A stretch of 63,893 bases of DNA, the filler included, from Candidatus Desantisbacteria bacterium CG1_02_49_89 (lineage in GTDB: Bacteria > Desantisbacteria > UBA1551): the NCBI GenBank assembly GCA_001871075.1. It is 3 parts of 3 records of this genome, joined end to end, with 100 filler letters (N's around TTAATTAATTAA, not from the genome) between each part and the next. Parts side by side here need not be neighbours in the genome. Positions count along the whole stretch, not along the records: positions 31,589 to 58,336 come from MNUP01000010.1; 2 more parts are not named here. The stretch is one strand, 5' to 3'. How positions within the stretch are numbered: the stretch's first letter is position 1; each line of letters begins with the position of its first letter. Positions 33,096 through 42,823 of this stretch are shown in pieces. The translations under genes and the position numbers were made by a program. The notes below the pieces were generated by a model. The model ran no database searches. It was not told where the DNA came from and was given only the letters and a program-made list of their open reading frames with translations.

Positions 33096-33695
33096 CTATC
33101 TAATTCCTTTTATTTGCTTTTTTAAATCTGCTCTAATTTCATTTATAATTTGTTTATATTTTTCCTTTTTTTCTTTGTTACATTCGATTAAACAATTAAT
33201 ATCCTGAACATCTTGACTATATACTTCACTGTCTTGCCTATAAAGCTCGATAAGCTTTGTTTTACCAAATTCATATTCTCCAAATTGCTTTAATAAACTC
33301 ATTAATTTTTGATAATGCTCTTCTTCGATAAATAGATAGCTTTTTTCTATTTCATTTATTGTTGTTTCCAATTGCCTAGAAAATTCCTTAAGATTTTTCA
33401 TATTTGCTTTCTCCCAAAGAATATCTGCAGACAATTTTAAACTATATAGGGAATGCCAAAGATCGTTATATAATTCAAATTGACGATTCGAATATCGTAA
33501 AGACGTTTCTTTTAAAATATCTAACTCTAATTTATAATTTTCTATTTCTTTTTGATATTCTTTTTTAATTGATTCTAAATATTTTACTGCCCATATTTTT
33601 CCAATATAGGTTGACAATTTCCAAAAAATAAATCCTGCTCCCCCTACCGATATAGTCACACTTGAAATAACTTTAAAAATTTCTACAAAACTCAT
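33096..33695 (-). CDS. AT-rich hypothetical protein with N-terminal TM helix and helical bundle
   Basis: 199-aa ORF, visibly more AT-rich than the flanking genes. Confidence 0.7.
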   Translation of the reverse strand: MSFVEIFKVISSVTISVGGAGFIFWKLSTYIGKIWAVKYLESIKKEYQKEIENYKLELDILKETSLRYSNRQFELYNDLWHSLYSLKLSADILWEKANMKNLKEFSRQLETTINEIEKSYLFIEEEHYQKLMSLLKQFGEYEFGKTKLIELYRQDSEVYSQDVQDINCLIECNKEKKEKYKQIINEIRADLKKQIKGIR

Positions 33696-33750
33696 ACTAA
33701 TTACCTCGATTACAAATTATTATATATAATAACATAAGATAACTTAAAAT

Positions 33751-35376
33751 TCACTTTAATTTTGACATTTTCAAAGAAGACCTGACACGTTTGCTTTTAT
33801 TATTTATTTTTTTAGCTGCTTCTTTAGCTACGATTCTTACACATTCATCCGAATCATTTTTTATAGTATAATTTAAATGTTTTAACACAGATTTATCGCC
33901 AATATTGCCAAGAACCTCTGCAACAACCAACCTGGTAGAATCCTTCCAATCCTTTAATGCTTTAATTAGAAATGGGATTGCTGCTGGACCGATATTGTAT
34001 ATAGCTGTGGATATACTGATCTCGACTGATACATCTTTATGATTTAAGGCATTAATTAGCGCCGGGACGGCATCTTTTGCTTCTGGGCCAATTTTACCTA
34101 AGGCTTCAGCAGCGTACATTTTGTTTGTTCTTTCTTCATCCTGTAATAGCTCGACTAATTCTGGGACTGCGTCTTTTGCGGCAGAGCCAATTTTACCTAA
34201 GGCGAAAGCGGCATCACTTCTAACATCACCAACATCTTCGTATTCAGGCTTATGTTTTAATGCTTCAATTAACATTGGAACTGCGTCTTTTGCGGCAGGA
34301 CCAATATACCCTAATGCTATAATATAATCTTTACAATCTCTTATATCCTTATTCTCATACTCGTTTTTTAATGCTTCAACTAATACCGGGACTGCGTCTT
34401 TTGCTGTTGGACCAATTTTGCCTAATGCTCTTGCAGCGCTTTTTCTGACATCAGAATCTTCATATTCGTTTTTTAATACTTTGATTAACGCTGGGATTGT
34501 ACCTTTTACCTCAGAACCAATGTTACCTAATGCTTCAGCAGCATATTGTTTAACATTCCCATACTCATAATTTAATACGTTTATTAACGCCGGGACGGCA
34601 TCTTTTGCTTCTGGGCCAATTTTACCTAAAGCCTTAGCAGCTTCACTTATGACTTCTTCATCACTGTCATCTTCATTTTTCAATGCTTCAATCAACACAG
34701 GAATCACGGATTTGTCGCGCATTTTTCCAAGGGCTTCGGCAGCGCTGGATCTGACCCACTCTTCCTCATCCTTTAATGCTTCAATCAGCGCAGGGATTGC
34801 AGATGGATCGCCGATTTCACCCAAAGCATATACTACCATCCGCCTAAAATTTTCCTTATCTTTCAATAACTCGATCAACGCTGGAACTGCATCTTTTGCG
34901 CCAATGTCGGCCAAGGCTTCTGCGGCACATCCTATAACAAAATGATCTTTATCCTTTAATGCCTCTATCAACACTAGCTTTGCATCACTTGCTCTAATTT
35001 TACCTAAAGTTTTAGCAGCAAATCCTCTGGCATCCCCGCTCTCCTGTTCATCTTTTAATATTTTAATAAATGATGAAGTTATATCATTTGGTACAGACCA
35101 AATATTTCTTAAAGCAATAGCGGCAACCATCCTGACAATATAATTTTTATCTTTACATGCTTCAAGCAACACTGGGCGTGCGTAAAAACCAATACGACTC
35201 AAAGCTCGGGTAATACTATCTATAACATCTTCGTTATAATTATCTTTCCTTAATACTTCTTGCAAAATAGGAATAATGGAAGTATTACCCCATTCTTTTA
35301 AAGAATCAGCAGCTTCAATTACAATCTCAGGTACCTCGCTATTAAGTGCTTTTATAATATCTTCTTTTTGTTTCAT
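33751..35376 (-). CDS. HEAT/PBS-lyase repeat protein
   Basis: About 14 repeats of AA.ALGKIGP.AKDAVP.LI..L. AT-rich. Confidence 0.92.
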   Translation of the reverse strand: MKQKEDIIKALNSEVPEIVIEAADSLKEWGNTSIIPILQEVLRKDNYNEDVIDSITRALSRIGFYARPVLLEACKDKNYIVRMVAAIALRNIWSVPNDITSSFIKILKDEQESGDARGFAAKTLGKIRASDAKLVLIEALKDKDHFVIGCAAEALADIGAKDAVPALIELLKDKENFRRMVVYALGEIGDPSAIPALIEALKDEEEWVRSSAAEALGKMRDKSVIPVLIEALKNEDDSDEEVISEAAKALGKIGPEAKDAVPALINVLNYEYGNVKQYAAEALGNIGSEVKGTIPALIKVLKNEYEDSDVRKSAARALGKIGPTAKDAVPVLVEALKNEYENKDIRDCKDYIIALGYIGPAAKDAVPMLIEALKHKPEYEDVGDVRSDAAFALGKIGSAAKDAVPELVELLQDEERTNKMYAAEALGKIGPEAKDAVPALINALNHKDVSVEISISTAIYNIGPAAIPFLIKALKDWKDSTRLVVAEVLGNIGDKSVLKHLNYTIKNDSDECVRIVAKEAAKKINNKSKRVRSSLKMSKLK

Positions 35377-35439
35377 AAGATTACCTTAATAGTCTGAATA
35401 ATTAAAAAAATCTCGATTTTAAAATTTGAATTGTTTTAA

Positions 35440-35772
35440 AATTTTTGGTTCTTCTACAAATGTTGTTATATAATACAATAAATGCCACGAGTATATAATA
35501 AGGGCCTTTGCGGAACAGACCTAAGCGCAGGCGCAGAAGCAAATTCCCGATTGCGATAAGGAGGAAAGCCGAAACTGACCGACGAAGCTTGTTTCAGCGC
35601 ACCCCGATAAGAGAATTTCGGAAGGAGTATCCCCTTAGAGCAATCGTGTGGCTCTCAAACCGAACTTTCAGAATTTGCCTGCGCCAAAGCGTAGTCGTGG
35701 AGCAAAACCCTTATTCCATATATGAGTATATATTACATTGGCCGACAACATTTGGAGAAGAACCGAATTTTT
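35440..35772. repeat. ~330-bp imperfect fold-back element with terminal inverted repeats
   Basis: GGTTCTTCTACAAATGTTG (35448) pairs with CAACATTTGGAGAAGAACC (35746-35764). Inner arms ATAAGGG..TTTGC/GCAAAACCCTTAT and GCGCAGGC..GCAAATTC/GAATTTGCCTGCGC. Confidence 0.7.
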
Positions 35773-35801
35773 TTACATTTTTAATTAAAACCAACTCTCA
35801 T

Positions 35802-37472
35802 TTAAGCTAAGCCGCCCATCATTTCCGAAAGCGGGGAACCCGCGGGCACTATCGGAAAAACGTTTTCCTCGGGTGCCACGTGAAAATCAATGACCGCCGG
35901 CAGCGGCGATTTAATGGCTTTTTCGATGGCAGGGGCGACTTCTTCGGGCTTTGTGACGTTGACACCCAGCGCTCCGTATGCCTCGGCTATCTTCACAAAA
36001 TCAGGATTCATCATGCGCGACTCTGAATAACGTTTCTCGAAGAACAGCTCCTGCCACTGGCGCACCAGCCCCAGGAAACCGTTGTTCAGCACCGCGACCT
36101 TGACCGCGATCTTGTACTGCACCGCAGTGGCAAGCTGCTGCAGGTTCATCTGAAAACTGCCGTCGCCCGCGATGTCAAAAACCGTCATATCCGGGCAGCC
36201 AACCTTGGCCCCTATCGCCGCTGGGAACCCGTAACCCATTGTGCCAAGGCCCCCGGAAGAAAGCAGGGTCCGCGGTTTTGTGAACTTGTAGAACTGCGCC
36301 GTCCACATCTGGTTCTGGCCGACCTCCGTGGCGATTATCGCCTTCCCCTTCGTGATCCTGGAGATCTCCTCAATAACGAACTGGGGCTTTATTATTTTCT
36401 TGTCCTGCTTATACGTGAGAGGATATTCCTTTTTCCATTTTTCAATTTTTTCCACCCACCCGCTGATATTCCCCTTCTTCACGATCTTGTTCAGCTCTTT
36501 CAACACGTTCTTAACGTCCCCGACGATCGGGATGTGCACCTGCACGCTCTTGCTGATGCTTGTGGGGTCGATGTCAATGTGCGCGATCGTCGCCTTGGGA
36601 GCGAAATGGCTGATCTTTCCGGTCACCCTGTCGTCAAACCTTGCCCCGATGCCTATAAGCAGGTCGCATTCTATAACAGCGTAATTCGCGTACCTCGTCC
36701 CGTGCATACCGAGCATCCCCAGGGAAAGCGGCGAAGTCTCGGGAAAACCACCCAGGCCCAGGAGCGTTGTTGTCACGGGAATCCCTGTTTTTTCCGCCAG
36801 CTCTTTAAGCTCGTCCGCGGCATTCGAGATTATGACTCCGCCGCCCGCGTAGATCAACGGGTGCTCGGCTTTTTGGATCGCCTCGGCAAGTTTTTTTATC
36901 TGGCCCTGATGACCGGTATAAGTCGGGTTGTAACTGCGCAGGCTGATCTTTTCCGGATAATGGAACTCTGCCGCTGCCATCTGCACGTCTTTTGGAATGT
37001 CGACAAGGACAGGCCCCGGCCTTCCTGAGGAAGCAATGTAGAAAGCCTCCTTTATTGTGTATGCCAGGTCCTTGACGTCTTTCACGAGGTAATTGTGCTT
37101 GGTGATCGGGCGCGTAATCCCCGTTATATCCGCCTCCTGGAAGGCATCATTGCCTATCAGGGGGGTAGCAACCTGCCCTGTAATTGCGATAATCGGGATG
37201 GAATCCATATAGGCGGTAGCAATACCGGTAACAAGGTTGGTGGCGCCCGGGCCCGACGTGGCAAGGCAGACGCCGGTTTTGCCTGTTGCGCGGTAGTAAC
37301 CGTCAGCCATGTGGGCTGCGCCCTGCTCATGGCGCACGAGGATATGTTTTAACGGCGCGCCGTAGAGAGCGTCGTAAATGGGAAGGGACGCGCCTCCGGG
37401 ATACCCGAATATCACATCAACTCCTTCCTTGATCAAACTTTCGATAAGTATCTGTGCTCCGTTTTTTTTCAT
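35802..37472 (-). CDS. ilvB: Acetolactate synthase large subunit, biosynthetic type
   Basis: [43 protein letters not shown]. Confidence 0.97.
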   Translation of the reverse strand: MKKNGAQILIESLIKEGVDVIFGYPGGASLPIYDALYGAPLKHILVRHEQGAAHMADGYYRATGKTGVCLATSGPGATNLVTGIATAYMDSIPIIAITGQVATPLIGNDAFQEADITGITRPITKHNYLVKDVKDLAYTIKEAFYIASSGRPGPVLVDIPKDVQMAAAEFHYPEKISLRSYNPTYTGHQGQIKKLAEAIQKAEHPLIYAGGGVIISNAADELKELAEKTGIPVTTTLLGLGGFPETSPLSLGMLGMHGTRYANYAVIECDLLIGIGARFDDRVTGKISHFAPKATIAHIDIDPTSISKSVQVHIPIVGDVKNVLKELNKIVKKGNISGWVEKIEKWKKEYPLTYKQDKKIIKPQFVIEEISRITKGKAIIATEVGQNQMWTAQFYKFTKPRTLLSSGGLGTMGYGFPAAIGAKVGCPDMTVFDIAGDGSFQMNLQQLATAVQYKIAVKVAVLNNGFLGLVRQWQELFFEKRYSESRMMNPDFVKIAEAYGALGVNVTKPEEVAPAIEKAIKSPLPAVIDFHVAPEENVFPIVPAGSPLSEMMGGLA

Positions 37473-37516
37473 TATGACTCCTCGATTACGGTGATTTTTA
37501 AAAATGATTACAGTGA

Positions 37517-37960
37517 TTATTTTAAATAAATTTTCAAATCGCTGAATCCGCCTTTTGCCGCACCTTCGTATGATACGGGCGCAGGATTATTTTTGTTGTC
37601 CCTGTCTGTTTCATAAGTTCTGGCAACGGATTCTCCCCTTTTTATCTCGCACTTCGCATCTATTGATACTCTGCCGCGCGGGAACGAGGGGGTTATCCTC
37701 GCGTTGTAAAATTTTATTTCCCTGTCACCTTCCATGCCTTTGAACACAACTTCCTCGATGATCTCCCTTCCTGTACCGCCGGCGGACGCTTCCAGGTCTT
37801 TCCAGATAAGTTTGACAGTAAGAACGGGTATTGAGCCTGCGGGGCATTCTTCAGGCAGGCATACCTTCCCGCCTGAGCTTATTGTCTGCGCCTGCTGGGC
37901 CCCGGCTGCGACAGAAAATACCATTAGAAACATTACAGACATTAAAAACATTTTATTCAT
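37517..37960 (-). CDS. Hypothetical secreted protein
   Basis: Signal peptide ending AGA, GGAGG RBS. Confidence 0.65.
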   Translation of the reverse strand: MNKMFLMSVMFLMVFSVAAGAQQAQTISSGGKVCLPEECPAGSIPVLTVKLIWKDLEASAGGTGREIIEEVVFKGMEGDREIKFYNARITPSFPRGRVSIDAKCEIKRGESVARTYETDRDNKNNPAPVSYEGAAKGGFSDLKIYLK

Positions 37961-38120
37961 TTTTTCCTCCGGAAACGTTTAACCTCTTTAACTCTTTGAG
38001 TATTTCTTTAAGCAGGGCGAGCACAAGCCTGCGAAACTGTATAGTGCTGGAAAGCTTCGCCCACTTTCGCGGATTCTCCTCGGATATATATTCCTCAAGC
38101 ACTTCAATTATGTCTTTCAT
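37953..38120 (-). CDS. Small 55-aa hypothetical protein (below the ORF-track cutoff)
   Basis: [62 protein letters not shown]; its stop overlaps the next start. Confidence 0.6.
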   Translation of the reverse strand: MKDIIEVLEEYISEENPRKWAKLSSTIQFRRLVLALLKEILKELKRLNVSGGKNE

Positions 38121-38289
38121 TAAAAGCTCCGTTTAACCACAGGTGAACACTGCAATACTTTCTTTTACAGGGATTCAGCGGGATTTAAACTACAATATTC
38201 TCAGTTTTTTGAATCTCTTTCGTAAGATCCCTGCAAAAAGCCTTTTTCGTGCTTTCGTGGCACTTTCGTGATTTCGTGGAAATCTGTGG

Positions 38290-40038
38290 TTAAAATACTA
38301 TTTCGGTGATGGCATTCGGCGGCACTTTCGCCTTGACCTTCCTGCCGTCAGGAAGCATTATCTTTTTCTTCACGGGATCGTTAGTAGTATTAAGGTACAG
38401 GACTCTGTTCTTGTCAAGCACGGTCGCGTATACCCCGTCCGCTTCGCCGTCCGGGTTTATCAGGCCTTCCTTTTCAATAAGCCTTGAAAGCTTGTCAAAG
38501 AACTCCTGCCTGTTTTCCCACTTCACCGGCACGTAAAGGGTTTTACCTTCCCCAATGGATTTTGTTCCGCCCGAAATCTTGAACGTCCTTTTGTGGTATT
38601 TCTTATCCCCGCCGACCGTTTCAAGCTGGCCGAAATCAAGGGCGGCAAGCGCTCCCCCATCCTTTACCCATTCCCTTATGGTCCTGATATCCGCATCTTC
38701 AAGCACGGCGCCGTGCAGCATGATCAGTATGCTGTACTTTTTCAGCGCCCCGTCCCTCAGCATAGTTTCGTCCACATAGTCGTAATCCAGTACATCCCTC
38801 AGCGCGGACGCCTTTTCGAAAAAGCCCTGCCAGTCCAGCGTGAGCGAAACGTTTGGATACCACAGTGCCGCGTCCACGGTAGGTTTCGCCGCGAATATAT
38901 ATTTGAAATTTGCCTTCTGCGCGCTGATCGTCTGCTCTGACTTGATCACGTTGGGGTTGTAATCGTGCAGCTGCCTGGCGCCTGAGGCTGTGGCGTTGTA
39001 GATCCTCACGGCTATCCCCTTCTCGTCCTCTGCGCCTGCCGGCTCAAACCCGTAATACGCGTTGTAAAATTTACCCGCTGAACCCACCCATCTTGTTATT
39101 ACGAAATTGGCTGCGTAATTGGAGCCCTCGTTGGTAATGCGCACTCCGGCGCCGTGCTTCGCGGCCACCCTGCACTGCTGCGCGAAATCAGAGCCGTGCT
39201 CAGGTATCGCGTCACCCCCCGTGCAGAGATAGATCTCCGTGTCAGGAAAATATTTCCGCGTAAGCCCTATCCACCAGTCTGACCACCTTGTCATAGAGCC
39301 CCGGTACCACTCGACGAAATCCAGCCAGCGCCTCCTGCCTTCAGGTCCCAGGCTTGCGGTCTTTTTGCGGTACTCTATGAACGCCTCTCCCCTTGCCGGA
39401 AAATCTATCTCGTCAAACGCTTTGAACGCCGCGCCCCACGCCTTGTTAAGGCTGCTTATCCTCCTGTATTTCCCGCTGAAGTATTTCCTGAAATCCGCGA
39501 GGGCGTAATCGTCGTTGCACCAGAATCCCTGGTGGTTATGATATTCGCCGGGGCCCTTGAAAGTCCACCCGCCCCCGGTCACCGAATAAATCGCCTCGCC
39601 GTAATCACCCTGGATCCCGAGGAGCACGGACTCTATGACATTCTCTCCCCTGTATTTCTTCGCGAATTCAGCGATAAAACGCTCTATCCATTTCGGGAGG
39701 TTCGGGTTCCACAGCGATTCAACCTTGCTCTGAGTGCCGTGTTCCAGGCATATGCAGCCGAAATGGTCAGGTGTCTGCCTGAACCAGTTCGGGATCGAGT
39801 ATGCAGGGCCTACTATAAGGAAAGGGACCCATTTCAGGTTGTTCCTTTTAAGTATGTCCACCTGCTTGTCCCATACCGACCAGTCCCACTGGTCCTTCCC
39901 CTTATCCTCAACGGTCTGCCAGGTAACATAGGATTCGATGCTCGTGACGCCAAGAGACCTGTAAAGCTTCGCCTTTTCCTCGTCCGCGTCATTTCCGAAA
40001 GTGTATTCCATCCCGCCGGGCCACAGTTCTTCAGCCAT
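38290..40038 (-). CDS. TIM-barrel glycoside hydrolase (GH14/GH42-like) with a C-terminal trimerisation-like domain
   Basis: LGVTSIESYVTWQTVE..WDWS..D, PNWF, SLWNP, GDYGE, GFEP, DYVDE. Confidence 0.75.
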   Translation of the reverse strand: MAEELWPGGMEYTFGNDADEEKAKLYRSLGVTSIESYVTWQTVEDKGKDQWDWSVWDKQVDILKRNNLKWVPFLIVGPAYSIPNWFRQTPDHFGCICLEHGTQSKVESLWNPNLPKWIERFIAEFAKKYRGENVIESVLLGIQGDYGEAIYSVTGGGWTFKGPGEYHNHQGFWCNDDYALADFRKYFSGKYRRISSLNKAWGAAFKAFDEIDFPARGEAFIEYRKKTASLGPEGRRRWLDFVEWYRGSMTRWSDWWIGLTRKYFPDTEIYLCTGGDAIPEHGSDFAQQCRVAAKHGAGVRITNEGSNYAANFVITRWVGSAGKFYNAYYGFEPAGAEDEKGIAVRIYNATASGARQLHDYNPNVIKSEQTISAQKANFKYIFAAKPTVDAALWYPNVSLTLDWQGFFEKASALRDVLDYDYVDETMLRDGALKKYSILIMLHGAVLEDADIRTIREWVKDGGALAALDFGQLETVGGDKKYHKRTFKISGGTKSIGEGKTLYVPVKWENRQEFFDKLSRLIEKEGLINPDGEADGVYATVLDKNRVLYLNTTNDPVKKKIMLPDGRKVKAKVPPNAITEIVF

Positions 40039-40149
40039 CTGTTCCTCCTTAAATACAGTATCAAAGTGTCAGAGTATCAAAGTATCAGAGTTTTAACACG
40101 CCAACACGACAGTTCTTCTGTTTTTCCGTTACACGTTACACGTGACACG

Positions 40150-40803
40150 TTACACGATGAACACAATGCCGACCGAGACCGCGCATTTGATGGAATCCGG
40201 GTCAACGCCGCGCGCCCCAACGGAATAAATATCCCATCCTGCTTTTGTCGCGGTGCGGAAAACGTCTATGCCAGCGCCTTCCATTGAAGGGCGGGATTTC
40301 AGCGGGAACCTGCACCTGCCGCTGTCAAGGGACTGGCAGTACTGGCCGCCGCACAGCGCTGTCTTGCACCCGCCCGCTCCGAAAGCTGTGGCGAAATAAT
40401 ACCCGTCGCTGAAAGCAAGCGATTCAACGCTGCTTCCGATCTCGTGGATCTTTCCCTGGTGGCGCATATGCCCCGCAAGCCACTGCTTGTCGCCAACGAA
40501 GTCCTCTTTGGGCTCAACTTCCGTTTTGAAAAGCACCGCGTATTTGAACTTCCGCAAGGTCCTTCTCATCTCTGAAACAGGCGGAACGTGGGGCGGGCAA
40601 TTCGCGCTTTCCCCGTAAAGGTGGCACCTTGGCACAGCGCACTTAAGCCGCACCCTGTCGTCGAAAGCGACAAAATAAGCAGGCACGACCTTCGCGGCCT
40701 TCGCGCCCAGGTCAATAGCCGCTTTCCTGTATTTCTCAAGGTCTTTTTTCAGCTGTTCTTTTGAAACCTTAAGAGTGATCTTCCTCGCCTTTATCTTTTC
40801 CAT
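40150..40803 (-). CDS. DUF2284 predicted metal-binding protein
   Basis: C..P.C..YG....CPP, GGC...C....C, CRFP..SRPSMEGAGIDV. Confidence 0.85.
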   Translation of the reverse strand: MEKIKARKITLKVSKEQLKKDLEKYRKAAIDLGAKAAKVVPAYFVAFDDRVRLKCAVPRCHLYGESANCPPHVPPVSEMRRTLRKFKYAVLFKTEVEPKEDFVGDKQWLAGHMRHQGKIHEIGSSVESLAFSDGYYFATAFGAGGCKTALCGGQYCQSLDSGRCRFPLKSRPSMEGAGIDVFRTATKAGWDIYSVGARGVDPDSIKCAVSVGIVFIV

Positions 40804-40936
40804 TTAGTACCTTTTCACCACAGAAGATATTGTAACCACGAATTTCCACTAATTTCCACGGATTTTTATATTATTTAATATCAAGCTTTTAGCATTTTAA
40901 ACTTAGTGAAAATTCGAGTTAATTCGTGGTTAAAAA

Positions 40937-41926
40937 TTAGTTTTGTCCTAGTTTTATTCCTTTTATAAGCGGGTGGCCGGCAAGGTATTCCTTCGCTGTC
41001 ATTACCCGCTTGCCTTCCGGCTGCAGTTCCAGGATCGAAAGAATGCCTTTGCCTGTGGAAATAAGGATCTCATCTGCTTTTATATCAATGATCTCTCCCG
41101 ATGGTTTTGCAAGGCTGAAGCCTTGCCCTACGTAAACCGATGATCTAAAGATCTTAAGGCGTTTGCCTTCTAAAAAAGTAAACGCGGAAGGTTCTGGATC
41201 CAGGCCCCTGATAAGGTTGTGTATTTCCTGCGCCGGCTTTGACCAGTCTATCCTGCAGTCCTCTTTCTTTATCACGGGCGCGAGGGAAAAACTGCCTTCT
41301 CCGAAGCTTTCGTTCGGAGTCCGTATTCCCCCGATGGACATCGGGGGACATCGGACCTGCTTCCTATAGGAAGCGCTGCCGGATTCAACCATCTTCAGGG
41401 TTTCGCACAGGAGCTGCACCCCTTCTAAAGACATCTTCTGCTCAAGGCTTCCCTTTGTATCGCCAGGCAGTATCTCCATTTCTTTCTGCAGGATCATGTC
41501 GCCGGTGTCTATGCCCTCGTCCATCCGCATCGTTGTCAGGCCTGTTTTTTTCATTCCCCTGATAACGCTCCAAGCGATCGGCTCAGGTCCCCGCAGCTCG
41601 GGGAGCAAAGACGCGTGCAGGTTAACACAGCCCTTTGCCGGGATTTTCAATATTTCCTTCGTTAGTATGTGGCCGCTCGCAACCACAACTATCAGGTCCG
41701 GCTTCAGTTCTTTCAGCCTGTCCGTGGCCTCGGAGATCTTTTCCGGCTGCAGGACAGGAATGCCCAGCTGTCCTGCCGCGAATTTCACGGGGGGCGCGGA
41801 GACCTTCATGCCCCTGCCCTTCGGTTTGTCGGGCTGGGTCACGACGCAGGCCACCCCATACGCCTTTGCTATCATGTTCAGGGACGGCAGGGCAAACTGC
41901 GGCGTCCCCATGAAAATAATCCGCAT
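40937..41926 (-). CDS. fmt: Methionyl-tRNA formyltransferase, with two repeat-derived in-frame inserts
   Basis: IFMGTP.FA, VTQPDKPKGRG, NLHASLLP..RG..PI, GIDTGD, LQPEGKR. Confidence 0.96.
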   Translation of the reverse strand: MRIIFMGTPQFALPSLNMIAKAYGVACVVTQPDKPKGRGMKVSAPPVKFAAGQLGIPVLQPEKISEATDRLKELKPDLIVVVASGHILTKEILKIPAKGCVNLHASLLPELRGPEPIAWSVIRGMKKTGLTTMRMDEGIDTGDMILQKEMEILPGDTKGSLEQKMSLEGVQLLCETLKMVESGSASYRKQVRCPPMSIGGIRTPNESFGEGSFSLAPVIKKEDCRIDWSKPAQEIHNLIRGLDPEPSAFTFLEGKRLKIFRSSVYVGQGFSLAKPSGEIIDIKADEILISTGKGILSILELQPEGKRVMTAKEYLAGHPLIKGIKLGQN

Positions 41927-42102
41927 CCAACCTCCGGAAGATGCTAGATCCTAGATCCTGGATCCTAGATCCTGGATGAAGGAGTTTATTTTAATAATTC
42001 CTTAATCTAGGATCTAACATCCCCGCCCTGAAACCTTAGGGCGAGGCTCGCCCAGGCATAGGCCATGGGCGGCAGCATCCAGGATCTGCATTTAGCGATA
42101 AG

Positions 42103-42708
42103 CTATTTCAGGGGAGTAATTTTTACTTCAGAAAACTTGGCTTCGGTGTTTTCGCCTTCAACGTGGCTTGTCACGGCAAGGCCTGCGAGCACGCTCTTGC
42201 CCATGCTTATCTCGATCTCTCCCGCCTCGTTCCACTTCTTGCCGTCGCTTGACCAGGATCCGGCGAACTTGCCGCCTGTCTTTTTCATCTTCAGGTATAT
42301 CGGATATGAAAACTCGCCTGCTTCAACGTGCTGGCTCATATCGTTTTCTTCGGGCCTGTACTGGAACGCAAGGCCGTGCTGGGGAGTTGCGACCAGCATC
42401 GCGTGCTTTGAGCCCGGTTCTGCGCTCTCTCGTATCATAACACCTGCTTTTGACCATTCAAAAACTTCTTTCAGACTGCTTATCTTCGCGGACACCTCGA
42501 AATTGCCGCTCATCTTCTGGTAAACGAACCTGAAGCCGTCTGCCAGGTCCCAGATGTCAAGGCCGCCCGCTTCCACGACAATGGAATCCTTTCCCATTAT
42601 GGTCTTGCCGCCGCTTGTCCCTATGTCCTTGCTTTCCCAGTTCTCCGCGGCTGTCAGAACACCTGCCGCGCAAACCAGCACCGCCAGTAACAATACGCTC
42701 TTTTTCAT
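42103..42708 (-). CDS. Secreted concanavalin-like (DUF1349-type) domain protein
   Basis: Signal peptide, GLDIW...D.F.FVY, WSKAGVMIRES, GLAVTSH. Confidence 0.75.
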   Translation of the reverse strand: MKKSVLLLAVLVCAAGVLTAAENWESKDIGTSGGKTIMGKDSIVVEAGGLDIWDLADGFRFVYQKMSGNFEVSAKISSLKEVFEWSKAGVMIRESAEPGSKHAMLVATPQHGLAFQYRPEENDMSQHVEAGEFSYPIYLKMKKTGGKFAGSWSSDGKKWNEAGEIEISMGKSVLAGLAVTSHVEGENTEAKFSEVKITPLK

Positions 42709-42823
42709 GCTACCCCCTGTTCTCGTGCGTCGTGCTTCGTTCTTCGCACATCGTTAAAATCTCAGTGTTTTCAGTGCCTTCAGTGGCAAAACTGTGTTAA
42801 CCTGTGTTCACCTGTGGTTAATA

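Noticed and set aside
35508-35810. 100-aa ORF in the fold-back element
   Set aside because: TTG start, no recognisable motif, and it lies within a palindromic non-coding structure.
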